A DNA stretch of 52,751 nt from Gammaproteobacteria bacterium. GTDB lineage: Bacteria; Pseudomonadota; Gammaproteobacteria; Arenicellales; UBA868. A program made the translations under genes and the position numbers. Below, piece by piece: positions 27,327-38,132 of this stretch. Under the pieces are notes generated by a model. It had not been told where the DNA came from. It saw only the letters and a program-made list of their open reading frames with translations, and did not search any database. The stretch spans positions 1 to 52,751 of the forward strand of contig WTHR01000187.1 in NCBI GenBank assembly GCA_011523045.1, in the 5' to 3' direction. Within the stretch, counting starts at the first letter, position 1. Every line of letters starts with the position of its first letter.

Positions 27327-28592
27327 TTAGCCGACCTGAGCCGGAGTGGAAGACTGAGAGCCCTCCGATCTGTCACCAAACCTGTTGTCAACATAATTCT
27401 CGACGAGGGCGATGAACTGCGTTGCGATATCTTCGCCACGCAGCGTGCAGATTTTTTCTCCATCCTGAAAGACGGGGGCAACCGGCTTCTCTCCGGTACC
27501 GGGCAGGCTGATGCCAATGTCGGCGTGGCGGCTTTCACCTGGCCCGTTGACCACACAGCCCATCACGGCAACGGATAAGGTTTCTGCGCCCGGATATTGT
27601 GTCTTCCATTTGACCATGCGCTGCCGCAAGTGCTCCTGAACTTCCCCGGCCAGACGCTGAAAGAAATCACTGGTCGTTCGTCCACATCCGGGACAGGCGG
27701 TCACCTGGGGTGTGAAACTGCGCAGCCCCAAAGACTGCAGGACTTCCTGTGCAACCCGAACTTCGCGGGTGCGGCTCTCGCCAGGCTGGGGTGTCAGGGA
27801 GACCCGAATCGTGTCGCCGATGCCTTCGTGGAGCAACAGAACAAGGCCGGCGGTTGAAGAGACAACCCCTTTGTCCGCCATACCGGCTTCGGTGAGCCCA
27901 AGATGCAAAGCCAGATCGGATCGTTCAGTCAGCTGTCGGTAGACTGCTACCAATTCGGGCACGGCACTCACTTTTGCGGAAAGAATAATTTGGTCTGGTC
28001 TCAGCCCTTCGCGTTGAGCGAGGTCGGCGCTGTTCACGGCGGAATCGACCAGCGCCTCTCGGGTAACGGCTTCCAGTGACCGAGGTGAGTTGAGGGCCGC
28101 ATTCTCATCCAGCTTGCGCGCAAGCAGTTGCGGATCGAGGGAGCCCCAGTTCACACCGATTCGAACAGGTTTGTTTCGAATGCAGGCTTGCTCAATCATT
28201 TGGCAAAAACGTATATCCCGCTTTTCACCCTGACCGACGTTGCCGGGGTTGATGCGGTATTTATCAAGCACATCGGCGCAGTCACTGTACTCCTGTAACA
28301 GGGTGTGTCCGTTATAGTGAAAATCGCCGACCAGCGGCACCGAGCAGCCGGCGGTGTCCAGTCGACTTCTGATGACGGGCACCGCTTTTGCGGCGGCGTC
28401 GTTGTTCACGGTGATCCGCACAATTTCGGACCCCGCTTCTGCGAGCTCAATCACCTGGCGAACGGTCGCTTCCACGTCGGCGGTATCGGTATTGGTCATC
28501 GATTGGACGACGACGGGCGCATCTCCGCCGACAAGAATTTTTCCTACCCGAACCTGGTGAGTGGATTTTCTAGGGAGTGAGGTTGATGGCAT
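27327..28592 (-). CDS. ispG: (E)-4-hydroxy-3-methylbut-2-enyl-diphosphate synthase
   Basis: [51 protein letters not shown]. Start moved to ATG 28592. Confidence 0.96.
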   Translation of the reverse strand: MPSTSLPRKSTHQVRVGKILVGGDAPVVVQSMTNTDTADVEATVRQVIELAEAGSEIVRITVNNDAAAKAVPVIRSRLDTAGCSVPLVGDFHYNGHTLLQEYSDCADVLDKYRINPGNVGQGEKRDIRFCQMIEQACIRNKPVRIGVNWGSLDPQLLARKLDENAALNSPRSLEAVTREALVDSAVNSADLAQREGLRPDQIILSAKVSAVPELVAVYRQLTERSDLALHLGLTEAGMADKGVVSSTAGLVLLLHEGIGDTIRVSLTPQPGESRTREVRVAQEVLQSLGLRSFTPQVTACPGCGRTTSDFFQRLAGEVQEHLRQRMVKWKTQYPGAETLSVAVMGCVVNGPGESRHADIGISLPGTGEKPVAPVFQDGEKICTLRGEDIATQFIALVENYVDNRFGDRSEGSQSSTPAQVG

Positions 28593-28636
28593 TTGGATTT
28601 CAGGAGAAGGCAGCAGGGGACGGTATTCTAATCGTC

Positions 28637-30244
28637 CTACATGCGGAAGACGCCAAAGTCGGTTTGGCTGATAGGCGCATTGTGTGCGGTGGCGAGCGCC
28701 AACGACAGGATCCTCCGGGTGTGGGCCGGATCGATGATGCCGTCGTCCCATAGGCGTGCGCTGGAATAAAAAGGACTGCCCTGCTCATCATACTGATGCG
28801 AGATGGCATCGCGAAAAATCTTTTCCTCTTCGCTGGGCCAATCCCGACCCGCCTTTTGCAGGCCGTCTCGACGGACTTGGGACAGGACCTGCGCCGCGGT
28901 ATCTCCGCCCATGACAGAGATCCGGGCATTGGGCCACATCCACAGGAATCGGGGATCGTAAGCTCTGCCGCACATGCCATAGTTCCCTGCGCCAAAACTG
29001 CCGCCAACGATAACGGTCAGTTTGGGTACGTTGGCACAGGCAACCGCGTTCACCAGCTTCGCACCGTCCCGGGCGATCCCTCCATGCTCATAGCGACTGC
29101 CGACCATAAATCCAGTGATATTCTGAAGAAACAGCAAGGGGATGCCCCGTTGGGTGCACAGTTCAACAAAGTGCGCACCTTTGAGTGCCGATTCTGAAAA
29201 GAGGATACCGTTGTTCGCAATAATGCCGATCGGATACCCCGCGATCTGACTGAAGGCGCACACCAATGTCTTGCCGTAGCGCGACTTGAATTCCTGAAAG
29301 TCACTGCCATCGACAATTCGGCAGATGATTTCACGAATATCAAAAGGGAGTCGGGGGTCGGAGGGAATGATGCCGTAAAGTTCCTCCACCCCATATTGTG
29401 GTGCTTCCGGGTTGGCTCGAGGCATTCTGGCGGCAGGCGCCACGTTGAGATGTGAGACGATTTCGCGAGTCAGGGTCAAAGCATCATCATCATCCTGCGC
29501 CAGATAATCGGCAACTCCTGAAATTCTCGTGTGAACATCGGCGCCCCCCAGCGCTTCTGCACTCACTTCCTCACCTGTGGCAGCCTTAACCAGGGGAGGG
29601 CCTCCAAGAAAAATCGTGCCCTGACGACGGACGATGATCGCCTGATCGGACATCGCCGGCACATACGCCCCTCCGGCGGTGCACGAACCCATCACGACCG
29701 CAATCTGCGGTATGCCCGCTGCCGACATATTGGCCTGGTTGAAAAAAATTCGCCCGAAATGCTCTCGATCGGCAAAGACCTCATCCTGTCTTGGAAGATA
29801 AGCGCCTCCAGAGTCGACCAGATAAATACAAGGCAGGCGATTTTCTTTCGCGATGGCTTGGGCTCTCAGATGTTTTTTGACGGTAATCGGGTAGTAAGTG
29901 CCTCCCTTGACGGTAGCGTCATTGACCACCAGCATGCAGTCTTGCCCATGAATCTGCCCGATACCGGTGATGATGCCGCCGCAGGGGACGTCATCATCGT
30001 AAAGCTCCCAACCGGCAAGCTGAGACAGTTCCAGAAAGCCGGCGCCAGGGTCGAGCAGTTTTTCGATGCGCTCGCGAGGCAGCAGCTTGCCTCTTGCGCT
30101 GTGTCGGGCCCGGGCTTTTTCACTGCCCCCCTGCGTCACCCGCTCGATGGCTTCAGTCAGCACAGCGGTTTTCGACAGCATTGCCTCGCGGTTGGCCAAA
30201 AAATCGGCAGAGGACGTATCAATACGGCTGGAGAACTGGACCAT
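28637..30244 (-). CDS. liuB: 3-methylcrotonyl-CoA carboxylase, carboxyltransferase (beta) subunit
   Basis: [52 protein letters not shown]. Confidence 0.93.
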   Translation of the reverse strand: MVQFSSRIDTSSADFLANREAMLSKTAVLTEAIERVTQGGSEKARARHSARGKLLPRERIEKLLDPGAGFLELSQLAGWELYDDDVPCGGIITGIGQIHGQDCMLVVNDATVKGGTYYPITVKKHLRAQAIAKENRLPCIYLVDSGGAYLPRQDEVFADREHFGRIFFNQANMSAAGIPQIAVVMGSCTAGGAYVPAMSDQAIIVRRQGTIFLGGPPLVKAATGEEVSAEALGGADVHTRISGVADYLAQDDDDALTLTREIVSHLNVAPAARMPRANPEAPQYGVEELYGIIPSDPRLPFDIREIICRIVDGSDFQEFKSRYGKTLVCAFSQIAGYPIGIIANNGILFSESALKGAHFVELCTQRGIPLLFLQNITGFMVGSRYEHGGIARDGAKLVNAVACANVPKLTVIVGGSFGAGNYGMCGRAYDPRFLWMWPNARISVMGGDTAAQVLSQVRRDGLQKAGRDWPSEEEKIFRDAISHQYDEQGSPFYSSARLWDDGIIDPAHTRRILSLALATAHNAPISQTDFGVFRM

Positions 30245-30265
30245 GATGATTCTGGCAGAAGGGGT

Positions 30266-30868
30266 CTACCAGCCGCCGCGGGAAAGCCACTGGTCGACCT
30301 GGTCCAAGCGGTCAGCCCCCCAGAAAGCTTCGGAGTCCACGATGATAAAGGGTGAGCCGAAAACCCCTCGGTTCAGCGCCTCATCGTTGACCGCGCGAAC
30401 CGCCTGCTTGATATCCTCCGACTGAATACCCTCGGCAAGATGAGCAGGATCAAGCCCGGTTTCAGCAGCGACAGCGACAACGGTCTCGGGAACGGAAATA
30501 TCCCGGTCATCACGGAAATAGGCACGATACAACGCCTGTGCGAGTCGTACCGCTGCCGCTTGATCTGTCCTGGCAACGAGATAGAAGGCGCGGCAGGCTG
30601 CGACCGTGGCGATCGGCCAATGACTCGGAATGGCGAGGGGGATATTCCAGTAACGCGAGAAGCGCTCTATATCGTGTACGGCGTAATCGCCGATGAGCGG
30701 AATCGACACAAGCGGCTTGCGCTCGCTGACCTTCATCGCAGCGCCCACCAGAAAAGGGCGCCATAGGACAGATCGTCCGTGTCTGCTTGCAATGCCCTCG
30801 ATCCGTTCGCTGGCGAGATAGCCATACGGGGAGGCAAAGTCAAAGAAGAACTCAACAGGAGCGGTCAT
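30266..30868 (-). CDS. 2-hydroxychromene-2-carboxylate isomerase / kappa-GST (DsbA-like) family protein
   Basis: FFFDFASPYGY, WRPFLVG, GVFGSP, FWGADRL. Confidence 0.88.
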   Translation of the reverse strand: MTAPVEFFFDFASPYGYLASERIEGIASRHGRSVLWRPFLVGAAMKVSERKPLVSIPLIGDYAVHDIERFSRYWNIPLAIPSHWPIATVAACRAFYLVARTDQAAAVRLAQALYRAYFRDDRDISVPETVVAVAAETGLDPAHLAEGIQSEDIKQAVRAVNDEALNRGVFGSPFIIVDSEAFWGADRLDQVDQWLSRGGW

Positions 30869-30901
30869 CGGGGGTATTCGGATGGGCAGGCCGCGGCGAA
30901 A

Positions 30902-32089
30902 TCAGCGGATGCGTTCAAATGCCATGGCCGTCGCTTCGCCGCCCCCAATACATAGCGATGCGACACCGCGTTTCAGGTCGTATCGCTCCAGTGCGTGCAG
31001 CAGTGTCACAATAATGCGCGCGCCGGATGCGCCGACAGGATGCCCCAATGCACAGGCACCGCCGTGAACATTCAGCTTGTTGTGCGGGATACCCAAATCC
31101 TTCATCGCAGCCATGGCGACAACGGCAAAGGCTTCGTTGACCTCGAAGAGATCCACCGTCGACACGTCCCATTCCAATGTATCGAGCAGTTTCTGAATGG
31201 CAAAAACGGGTGCGGTGGTAAACCAGCCCGGTTCCTGTGCAAAGCTTGCGTGGCCGAGAACGCGTGCCAGCGGCACATGACCGCCTTTTTCCGCATCGGA
31301 CAGTCGCATCATGACGAGTGCCGCCGCGCCATCGGAGATCGAGCTGGAGTTTGCCGGAGTCACGGTCCCGTCTTTCTGGAAAGCCGGTCGCAGTGACGGG
31401 ATCTTTTCAATATTGGCGCAAAGCGGTTGTTCATCTGTATCCACCATCACGGTTTCTTTTCGGCCAGGCACCGCAACACTCACGATTTCGTCTCGAAACG
31501 CGCCGTTTTCAATTGCCTCGGTCGCGCGGGTCAGGGATTCAATGGCAAAGTCATCCTGGTCTTCACGACTGAATCCGTACCGCTTGACACAGTCTTCGGC
31601 AAAATGCCCCATGAGTTTGCCCGGCTCGTAAGCGTCCTCAAGGCCATCCACAAACATGTGGTCCAACAGTTCCCCGTTGCCTAGGCGATAGCCACCACGC
31701 GCTTTAGGCAGGAGGTAGGGCGCATTACTCATGCTCTCAAGACCGCCCGACACCAGGATTCGGCCACTGCCAGCCAGGATATGGTCGTGCGCCAGCATGG
31801 CAGCCTTCATGCCCGAACCGCACATTTTGTTTATGGTAGTGCACGGGGTGCTCATGGGCAGACCCGCCCCGAGCGCCGCCTGGCGGGCAGGGGCCTGGCG
31901 GAGGCCGGCAGGCAGCACACAACCCATCACCACTTCTTCAATGGATTCGGCGCTGACGGCTGATCTCTCGATGGCAGCGGCCACTGCCGCCGCACCCAGG
32001 TCGGGTGCGGATACCGGAGCCAGCGCCCCCTGGAAACTGCCAATCGGTGTGCGTGCAGCACCAGTGATGACAATGGGATCATTCTGCAT
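30902..32089 (-). CDS. Acetyl-CoA C-acyltransferase (thiolase)
   Basis: INKMCGSGM, NEAFA, GHPVGASG, SLCIGGG. Start moved to ATG 32089. Confidence 0.95.
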   Translation of the reverse strand: MQNDPIVITGAARTPIGSFQGALAPVSAPDLGAAAVAAAIERSAVSAESIEEVVMGCVLPAGLRQAPARQAALGAGLPMSTPCTTINKMCGSGMKAAMLAHDHILAGSGRILVSGGLESMSNAPYLLPKARGGYRLGNGELLDHMFVDGLEDAYEPGKLMGHFAEDCVKRYGFSREDQDDFAIESLTRATEAIENGAFRDEIVSVAVPGRKETVMVDTDEQPLCANIEKIPSLRPAFQKDGTVTPANSSSISDGAAALVMMRLSDAEKGGHVPLARVLGHASFAQEPGWFTTAPVFAIQKLLDTLEWDVSTVDLFEVNEAFAVVAMAAMKDLGIPHNKLNVHGGACALGHPVGASGARIIVTLLHALERYDLKRGVASLCIGGGEATAMAFERIR

Positions 32090-32102
32090 GGCGTCGTCTC
32101 CC

Positions 32103-33257
32103 TCAGACTCCTTCCTTGAACAGTTCACGGCCGATCAGCATCCGTCTTATCTCACTGGTGCCTGCACCGATTTCATAGAGTTTCGCGTCTCTGAGAAGTC
32201 GCCCTGTCGCGTACTCATTGACGTACCCCGAACCCCCGAGAAGTTGAATGGCATCAAGCGCCATTTGCGTAGCGCGCTCAGCGCTGTACAGGATGGCACC
32301 CGCGGCATCCTTTCGGGTCGTCTGACCACGGTCACAGGCCCGGGCTACGGCATAAACATAGGCTCGACAGGCATTCAGCGTCGTGTACATATCCGCAAGC
32401 TTGGCCTGGACCAGTTGGAATGAGCCGATCGGCTCCCCGAATTGCTTTCGGTCATGAACATAGGGGAGCACGATATCGAGACAGGCCTGCATTAGCCCCA
32501 AGGGTCCCCCCGATAGCACGACGCGTTCGAAATCGAGACCACTCATCAGGACGCCGACCCCTTTGTTTTCTGCTCCGAGAACCCGCTCCTTTGCGACGGC
32601 GCAGTTCTCAAAAATAAGCTCACAGGTATTGGAGCCACGCATTCCCAATTTGTCCAGCTTGGGGCCGGTGGAGAAGCCTTCAAGGCCTTTTTCAATAATA
32701 AACGCTGTGATGCCGTGCGCTTTGGCAGCGGGATCTGTCTTCGCATAAACGACCAGCGTATCCGCGTCCGGTCCGTTGGTTATCCACATCTTGCTGCCAT
32801 TCAGCACGTAGTGATCGCCGGACTTCTCTGCCCGAAGTTGCATGCTGACGACATCGGAGCCGGAGCCATGCTCGCTCATTGCCAGCGCGCCGACTTTGGC
32901 CCCGCTGATGAGATCAGGAAGAAACTGGGATTTCTGGGCGTCAGTGCCGTTGCGAAAAATCTGGTTTACGCAAAGATTTGAGTGCGCCCCGTAGGAGAGG
33001 CCTACCGAACCGGAGGCGCGGCTTATCTCTTCCATGGCTATTGTGTGCTCAAGGTAGCCCATGCCTGCTCCGCCGAACTTCGGATCGATAGTGACGCCAA
33101 GAAGCCCCATGTCCCCCAGGCGAGACCAGAGTTCAGCCGGAAAAGCATTCTCTTGGTCAATCTTTCCCGCCAACGGGGAGATCTCGCGTGCGGCAAACTC
33201 CGCTACGCTCTCGCGCAGCAGATCAGCCGTTTGTCCAAGTTCAAAATCCAGTCCCAT
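32103..33257 (-). CDS. liuA: Isovaleryl-CoA dehydrogenase
   Basis: [54 protein letters not shown]. Exact start uncertain. Confidence 0.93.
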   Translation of the reverse strand: MGLDFELGQTADLLRESVAEFAAREISPLAGKIDQENAFPAELWSRLGDMGLLGVTIDPKFGGAGMGYLEHTIAMEEISRASGSVGLSYGAHSNLCVNQIFRNGTDAQKSQFLPDLISGAKVGALAMSEHGSGSDVVSMQLRAEKSGDHYVLNGSKMWITNGPDADTLVVYAKTDPAAKAHGITAFIIEKGLEGFSTGPKLDKLGMRGSNTCELIFENCAVAKERVLGAENKGVGVLMSGLDFERVVLSGGPLGLMQACLDIVLPYVHDRKQFGEPIGSFQLVQAKLADMYTTLNACRAYVYAVARACDRGQTTRKDAAGAILYSAERATQMALDAIQLLGGSGYVNEYATGRLLRDAKLYEIGAGTSEIRRMLIGRELFKEGV

Positions 33258-33313
33258 CGGGTATCCCAAAGGATTCAGCTTCGAAGATTCAAACAATAAC
33301 AACGGATTCTAGA

Positions 33314-33335
33314 TTGACGTTTACGTAAACGTCAA
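33314..33335. promoter_or_regulatory. LiuR-type (MerR family) operator, perfect 22-bp palindrome TTGACGTTTACGTAAACGTCAA
   Basis: Perfect inverted repeat containing two overlapping TTkACGTwwACGTmAA boxes, directly upstream of liuA. Confidence 0.85.
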
Positions 33336-33386
33336 CTAAATTCGCCCTTGTGCAACAGCCCTTAAACCTGAGCGAGACAGGACGTT

Positions 33387-34172
33387 ATGAACCGCAATGA
33401 CCTGATTCTGGACACCTGCCGCGGCTATTCCCTGGTCGCCAGAAAGATCGAGGGAAAAGACCCTTGTGTGATTTTTCTCGGGGGTTTTCGTTCTGACATG
33501 GAGGGGACCAAAGCCCAATATCTCTCTGACTGGTGTAAAAAAAACGGGCGATCTTTCTTGCGATTTGACTACTCTGGACATGGCGTCTCCGGTGGTCGAT
33601 TCGAGGAGGGCTCCATCGGTCAGTGGACGCAGGATGCGCTTGATGTGATTGGTGAATTCTGCCAGGGGTCATGCGTTCTCGTGGGGTCGAGTATGGGAGG
33701 GTGGATAATGCTCCGGGTGGCACTGGCCATCGGGACGCGTGTTCAAGGCCTGCTGGGAATCGCTGCTGCCCCTGATTTCACCCGAGACCTCATCTCCAGA
33801 GACCTTAGCGCCGATCAGCAGGCCCAGCTTGCGCGTGAAGGTGAGATCAGATTGACCAGTGAATATGATCCCGACGGTTACATCCTGACCCAACGATTCA
33901 TGGAGGATGGCGAAGCATGCTGCCTGCTCGACGCGCCCCTGGAGCTCGCCGTTCCGGTCAGACTCTTGCAGGGATGCGAGGACAGAGAGGTACCTTGGCA
34001 GACGGCTCTGCGCTTGTCTGAACGACTAAAGGCAACCGATGTTCGGGTGCAACTGCTTAAGGACGGGGACCATCGCTTGTCCCGGCCGGAACAATTGGCA
34101 CTGATGAGTGACACGCTCACTGAACTGATCCACACCGTCGGTTCTGTATCTGCCAGGACAGCGATCGTTTGA
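33387..34172 (+). CDS. Alpha/beta hydrolase (ABHD10-like esterase)
   Basis: GGFRSDMEGTKA, RFDYSGHG, GSSMGG nucleophile elbow, D...GDHRLS. Confidence 0.9.
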   Translation: MNRNDLILDTCRGYSLVARKIEGKDPCVIFLGGFRSDMEGTKAQYLSDWCKKNGRSFLRFDYSGHGVSGGRFEEGSIGQWTQDALDVIGEFCQGSCVLVGSSMGGWIMLRVALAIGTRVQGLLGIAAAPDFTRDLISRDLSADQQAQLAREGEIRLTSEYDPDGYILTQRFMEDGEACCLLDAPLELAVPVRLLQGCEDREVPWQTALRLSERLKATDVRVQLLKDGDHRLSRPEQLALMSDTLTELIHTVGSVSARTAIV

Positions 34173-34257
34173 AGGCGCTCGGCGACCCTAGGGGGCATCG
34201 GCGTTTAATCTTTTCGAGGCCTTGCACGGTGACCTCTCGTGGGCGCCATGCTAGGAT

Positions 34258-34860
34258 TTGTCCGAATACACGGGAGGCAAGGTGCAAGAACTGATTCAAA
34301 GAATTCTTGACGAGGGGGAGCATGTCGGCGGCGGTATCGTCAAAGTTGACAGTTTCTTGAATCACCAGGTGGATCCACAGTTGACCTGGCGAATGGCCAA
34401 GGCCATGCATGATGGTTTTGTGGCCAAAGACGTGCGCCGAATTACCCGAGTGCTGACGGCTGAGGTGAGCGGCATTCCTGTGGCATTGCAGGTGGCTGAG
34501 CAGTTTGGGGCGCAGATGATCTATGCGCGAAAGAGTCACTCGCGAACCATGACGGGCACCTACTATGTTGCCGAAGCGATCAGCCGGACTCGTGGGACGG
34601 CGTCGGAGCTGATGGTGGATCGCCGTTTTCTTAAAGTACAGGATCGTGTGCTGATCATTGATGACTTTCTGGCCACGGGGGCAACCTTAACGGCCCTGTC
34701 TAAACTGGTGGGCGAAAGTGGTGCTGAACTGTGCGGCATCGGCTGCGTAATTGAAAAGCCCGAGGAGGGAGGTCGCGACGTGCTCGCCGATCTCGATACG
34801 CCGATCATTACGCTGGCAAAAATCCGCTTCGATGAGGATGGGTTGCACGTCACTGCCTGA
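34258..34860 (+). CDS. xpt: Xanthine phosphoribosyltransferase (Xpt type)
   Basis: IVKVDSFLNHQVDP, TAEVSGI, ARK, PRPP loop VLIIDDFLATG. Confidence 0.88.
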   Translation: MSEYTGGKVQELIQRILDEGEHVGGGIVKVDSFLNHQVDPQLTWRMAKAMHDGFVAKDVRRITRVLTAEVSGIPVALQVAEQFGAQMIYARKSHSRTMTGTYYVAEAISRTRGTASELMVDRRFLKVQDRVLIIDDFLATGATLTALSKLVGESGAELCGIGCVIEKPEEGGRDVLADLDTPIITLAKIRFDEDGLHVTA

Positions 34861-34871
34861 GTTTTCTGACA

Positions 34872-35216
34872 GTGAGCAGGCTTTACGAAAAGATTTACGC
34901 CCTGGTGAGAGCGATCCCCAGCGGCCGGGTAGGAACCTATGGCCAGATTGCTCGACTCTGCGGGTGCTCTGCCCGCCAGGTGGGATACGCGATGGCCTCG
35001 ACGCCCTCAGATGAGATACCTTGGCAACGGGTAATCAACAGTCGAGGAGAAATCAGCGCCCGCGCTGATGGTAATGCAGACGAGGAGCAATACCTAAGAT
35101 TAAAACAAGAGGGTGTGGTGTTCGATACCCGGGGCCGGATCGACCTTGCCGTTTTTCAATGGGCGGGTCCAGATGGAGCCTGGTGGTCCGAGCAACAGTT
35201 AGAACCACCCTTGTAG
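34872..35216 (+). CDS. Alkyltransferase-like protein (Atl/YbaZ; MGMT family lacking the acceptor Cys)
   Basis: IPSGRVGTYGQIA, ARQVG; PWQRV in place of PCHRV. Confidence 0.88.
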   Translation: MSRLYEKIYALVRAIPSGRVGTYGQIARLCGCSARQVGYAMASTPSDEIPWQRVINSRGEISARADGNADEEQYLRLKQEGVVFDTRGRIDLAVFQWAGPDGAWWSEQQLEPPL

Positions 35217-35315
35217 TTTCTGTTCGCAAGCGCTGGACCCAGCAAACGGAAACCTTTGTGGGTTTTGATATTAACGATTCAGCCTAAAGAAGAGCGCAAA
35301 CCAGGAGAGAGGACC

Positions 35316-36350
35316 TTGAGAAGTCGACGGAATATTCAGGTGGTCAGCGCCCATGCGGAAGGAGAGGTGGGTGATGTCATTACAGGGGGTGTCCAACCGC
35401 CGGCGGGGGATACGTTATGGGCGCAATCGCGCACGTTGGAAAAAGATACTGATCTTCGCGACTTTTTGCTCAATGAGCCACGCGGCGGGGTATTTCGACA
35501 TGCCAACCTATTGGTGCCCCCGGTAAACCCCAAGGCAGATGCAGCGTTCATCATTATGGAGGCGGAGTTTTTCCCGCCGATGTCGGGGTCAAACGCGATC
35601 TGTGTCACCACGGTTTTGCTCGAGACCGGCATCCTGCCCATGCAGGAGCCTGAGACGGTGATCCACCTGGAAGCTCCGGGAGGTCTGGTTAAGGCAACGG
35701 CCAGTTGTGCGGATGGAGCAGTCGCTCAGGTCAGAATTCAGAATGTGGCATCTTTTGTGGACCGCCTTGATGCGCCACTTGAGATCGAAGGAGTCGGGAC
35801 TGTCACAGTAGATACCGCTTATGGCGGAGACAGTTTTTGTCTGGTCGATGCGGGGGCTTTGGGGTTTGATGTGACGCCCGATGAAGCCTACGACATCGTT
35901 CAGGTGGGCCGCCAGGTGACTGCCGCCGCGAATGAGCAGTTGGGTTTCAGTCATCCGGATAATCCCGACTGGTCGCATCTATCCTTCTGCATGATGACCT
36001 GCCCACCGGTGGACGAGGGAGATGCCTTGATGGGGCGTCATACGGTGGTCATCCAGCCGGGCAAGTTGGATCGTTCTCCCTGCGGTACCGGGTGCAGTGC
36101 CCGGATGGCGGCTTTGCATGCGCACGGGAGGTTACAGCCCGGCCAGCGGTTTATTGGCGAGTCCATTATCGGGTCGCGGTTTGATTGCCGGATAGAGGAG
36201 CTGACCGAAACGAGCAAGGGGCGTCCCGCAGTCGTGCCTTCTTTGGCAGGCCGGGCCTGGATTACGGGCACTCACCAGCACATGCTGGATCCGACAGATC
36301 CCTGGCCTGCGGGATACCGATTGTCTGACACCTGGCCGAAAAACGACTAG
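35316..36350 (+). CDS. Proline racemase superfamily protein, Ser/Cys active-site variant
   Basis: HAEGEVG, EPRGG, MSGSN, DTAYGG, DRSPCGTG. TTG start at 35316 follows GGAGAGAGG. Confidence 0.88.
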   Translation: MRSRRNIQVVSAHAEGEVGDVITGGVQPPAGDTLWAQSRTLEKDTDLRDFLLNEPRGGVFRHANLLVPPVNPKADAAFIIMEAEFFPPMSGSNAICVTTVLLETGILPMQEPETVIHLEAPGGLVKATASCADGAVAQVRIQNVASFVDRLDAPLEIEGVGTVTVDTAYGGDSFCLVDAGALGFDVTPDEAYDIVQVGRQVTAAANEQLGFSHPDNPDWSHLSFCMMTCPPVDEGDALMGRHTVVIQPGKLDRSPCGTGCSARMAALHAHGRLQPGQRFIGESIIGSRFDCRIEELTETSKGRPAVVPSLAGRAWITGTHQHMLDPTDPWPAGYRLSDTWPKND

Positions 36351-37228
36351 AGAGTCCAGAGCCCCGCAGCACCCAGTACCCCGGCACTGTCGCCATGGAG
36401 GTTGCGGCGAATAGATGTCTCAAGAGTCGGGTTAAAGACGTACTTTGCAATACGTCGAGGTCCCTCCTCATAGAGTTCCTGAATATTCGAAAGTCCGCCG
36501 CCGAGCACGACAGCGTGCGGATCAAGAATATTGATGACCCCTGCCACGGCTTTGCCGAACCGCTCAAGCAGGTTATCGAGTGCTTCTTGTGCGATGGGCT
36601 CGTTTTCTCGAGCCTTTGAGATCACTTCTTCCGCGTTAGCAGCGTTTGCCCCCCCGAGACGCTGGTAGTCTGCAAAAAAGCCCGGCCCCGAGAGGTAGGT
36701 CTCGATACATCCCTGTTGTCCGCAGTAGCAGGGCGGGCCGTCGGGGTCGAGTGTATTGTGACCCCATTCCCCTGCAATATGCTGAGGCCCGGCGTGCAGG
36801 CGCTGCTGCATGACGATCCCGCCGCCGACGCCCGTGCCCATGATGACACCAAATACGCTTGGCATGTCCCGACCCGCACCAAAAAGCGCTTCCGCCAGGG
36901 CAAAACAGTTGGCATCGTTTTCAACACGAATCGGCCGGTCGAGACGGGCCTCGAGGTCGCTCTGAAAGGCTGTACCGATCAGGCACTGGGTGTTTGAGTT
37001 CTTGATGCGGCCTTGAGCATCTATTGCCCCCGGCGCGGCAATGCCAACTGAGCAGGTTCCACCTGACTCGGATTCCAGTTGAGAGACCAGGGAGACGATC
37101 TGATCGATAATCGCGCGATAGCCTTCGGCACGAGGTGTGGCAAGGCGATGCCGGGAGATGACCCTCCCGTTTTTATCGACTAGTGCGCCTTCGGTTTTGG
37201 TGCCACCAAGGTCAATACCGATGCGCAT
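36347..37228 (-). CDS. ROK family sugar kinase (Mak/fructokinase-like)
   Basis: IGIDLGGTK, ENDANCFALAE, GTGVGGG, GEWGH, CYCG..GCIE. Confidence 0.9.
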   Translation of the reverse strand: MRIGIDLGGTKTEGALVDKNGRVISRHRLATPRAEGYRAIIDQIVSLVSQLESESGGTCSVGIAAPGAIDAQGRIKNSNTQCLIGTAFQSDLEARLDRPIRVENDANCFALAEALFGAGRDMPSVFGVIMGTGVGGGIVMQQRLHAGPQHIAGEWGHNTLDPDGPPCYCGQQGCIETYLSGPGFFADYQRLGGANAANAEEVISKARENEPIAQEALDNLLERFGKAVAGVINILDPHAVVLGGGLSNIQELYEEGPRRIAKYVFNPTLETSIRRNLHGDSAGVLGAAGLWTL

Positions 37229-37269
37229 ATTGGCCGGCCAGCTGACACTGCCGTGAAGAGATCGGGACT

Positions 37270-38085
37270 TCAGGCGTCCCGATCGAAGGTGATTTGAGCG
37301 TAAGCCGAGTGGTTATGGATCGATTCAAAGTTTTCAGCCTCGACGACGTAGCGATCAATGCGCTCATCGTCATTGAGGCGACTGGCGACATCCCGCACCA
37401 TGTCTTCGACAAATTTTGGATTCTCATACGCCTTTTCGGTGACGAACTTTTCGTCCGGCCGCTTTAGCAGGCCGTATAACTCGCAACTGGCTTCCTGTTC
37501 GACGATATCGATGATTTCCTCAATCCAGATCAACGATTTGGAGCGCACGCTGACGGTAACATGCGAACGCTGATTGTGCGCACCGTAGTCAGATATTTTC
37601 TTTGAGCAGGGGCACAGGCTGGTGACCGGTACCACCACGCGAACCTCGGTCGAACTGAGATCACCTGAGGATTCGCCGATGAAGGTGACCTGGTAATCCA
37701 TTAGGCTCTTCACGCCAGTCACGGGAGCTGCCTTTTCCAGAAAAAACGGGAAGGCCATTTCAATGTGGCTTGTGCCCGCATCCAGATGGTCGCGAGTCTC
37801 CTGCAGGATAGATCGGAAGGAGTCGACCGAGATTTCCCTCTCATGACGACTGAGGATTTCGACAAACCGGGACATATGCGTGCCTTTGAAATTGTGAGGC
37901 AGTTCCACATACATGTTGAAGTTCGCCACAGTATGCTGATCCAAACCATTGCGGTCCTGGATTCGAACCGGATGGCGCAGATCCTTTACGCCAACCTTGT
38001 CGATAGTGATGTTCCGGCTGTCTGGACTGCCCTGAACGTCAGGAATCTCAGCCCCGGAGGAATGGGCGTCGTTGGTGTCGAGCAT
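37270..38085 (-). CDS. folE2: GTP cyclohydrolase IB
   Basis: [46 protein letters not shown]. Confidence 0.95.
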   Translation of the reverse strand: MLDTNDAHSSGAEIPDVQGSPDSRNITIDKVGVKDLRHPVRIQDRNGLDQHTVANFNMYVELPHNFKGTHMSRFVEILSRHEREISVDSFRSILQETRDHLDAGTSHIEMAFPFFLEKAAPVTGVKSLMDYQVTFIGESSGDLSSTEVRVVVPVTSLCPCSKKISDYGAHNQRSHVTVSVRSKSLIWIEEIIDIVEQEASCELYGLLKRPDEKFVTEKAYENPKFVEDMVRDVASRLNDDERIDRYVVEAENFESIHNHSAYAQITFDRDA

Positions 38086-38132
38086 GTTTGGGTCTTTAGT
38101 CAGGGGTCAAAGTGGCCGAATTCTAGCCCAGT

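Noticed and set aside
24609-28751. Apparent long gene overlaps from ORF-track starts (lutC at 24609, ispG at 28751; likewise metF, parE, fabA, aorC)
   Set aside because: These are longest-ORF artefacts. Downstream ATGs match family N-termini and remove the overlaps.
34872-35216. MGMT pseudogene (catalytic Cys missing)
   Set aside because: Trp in place of Cys is the normal signature of alkyltransferase-like proteins, and the ORF is intact.
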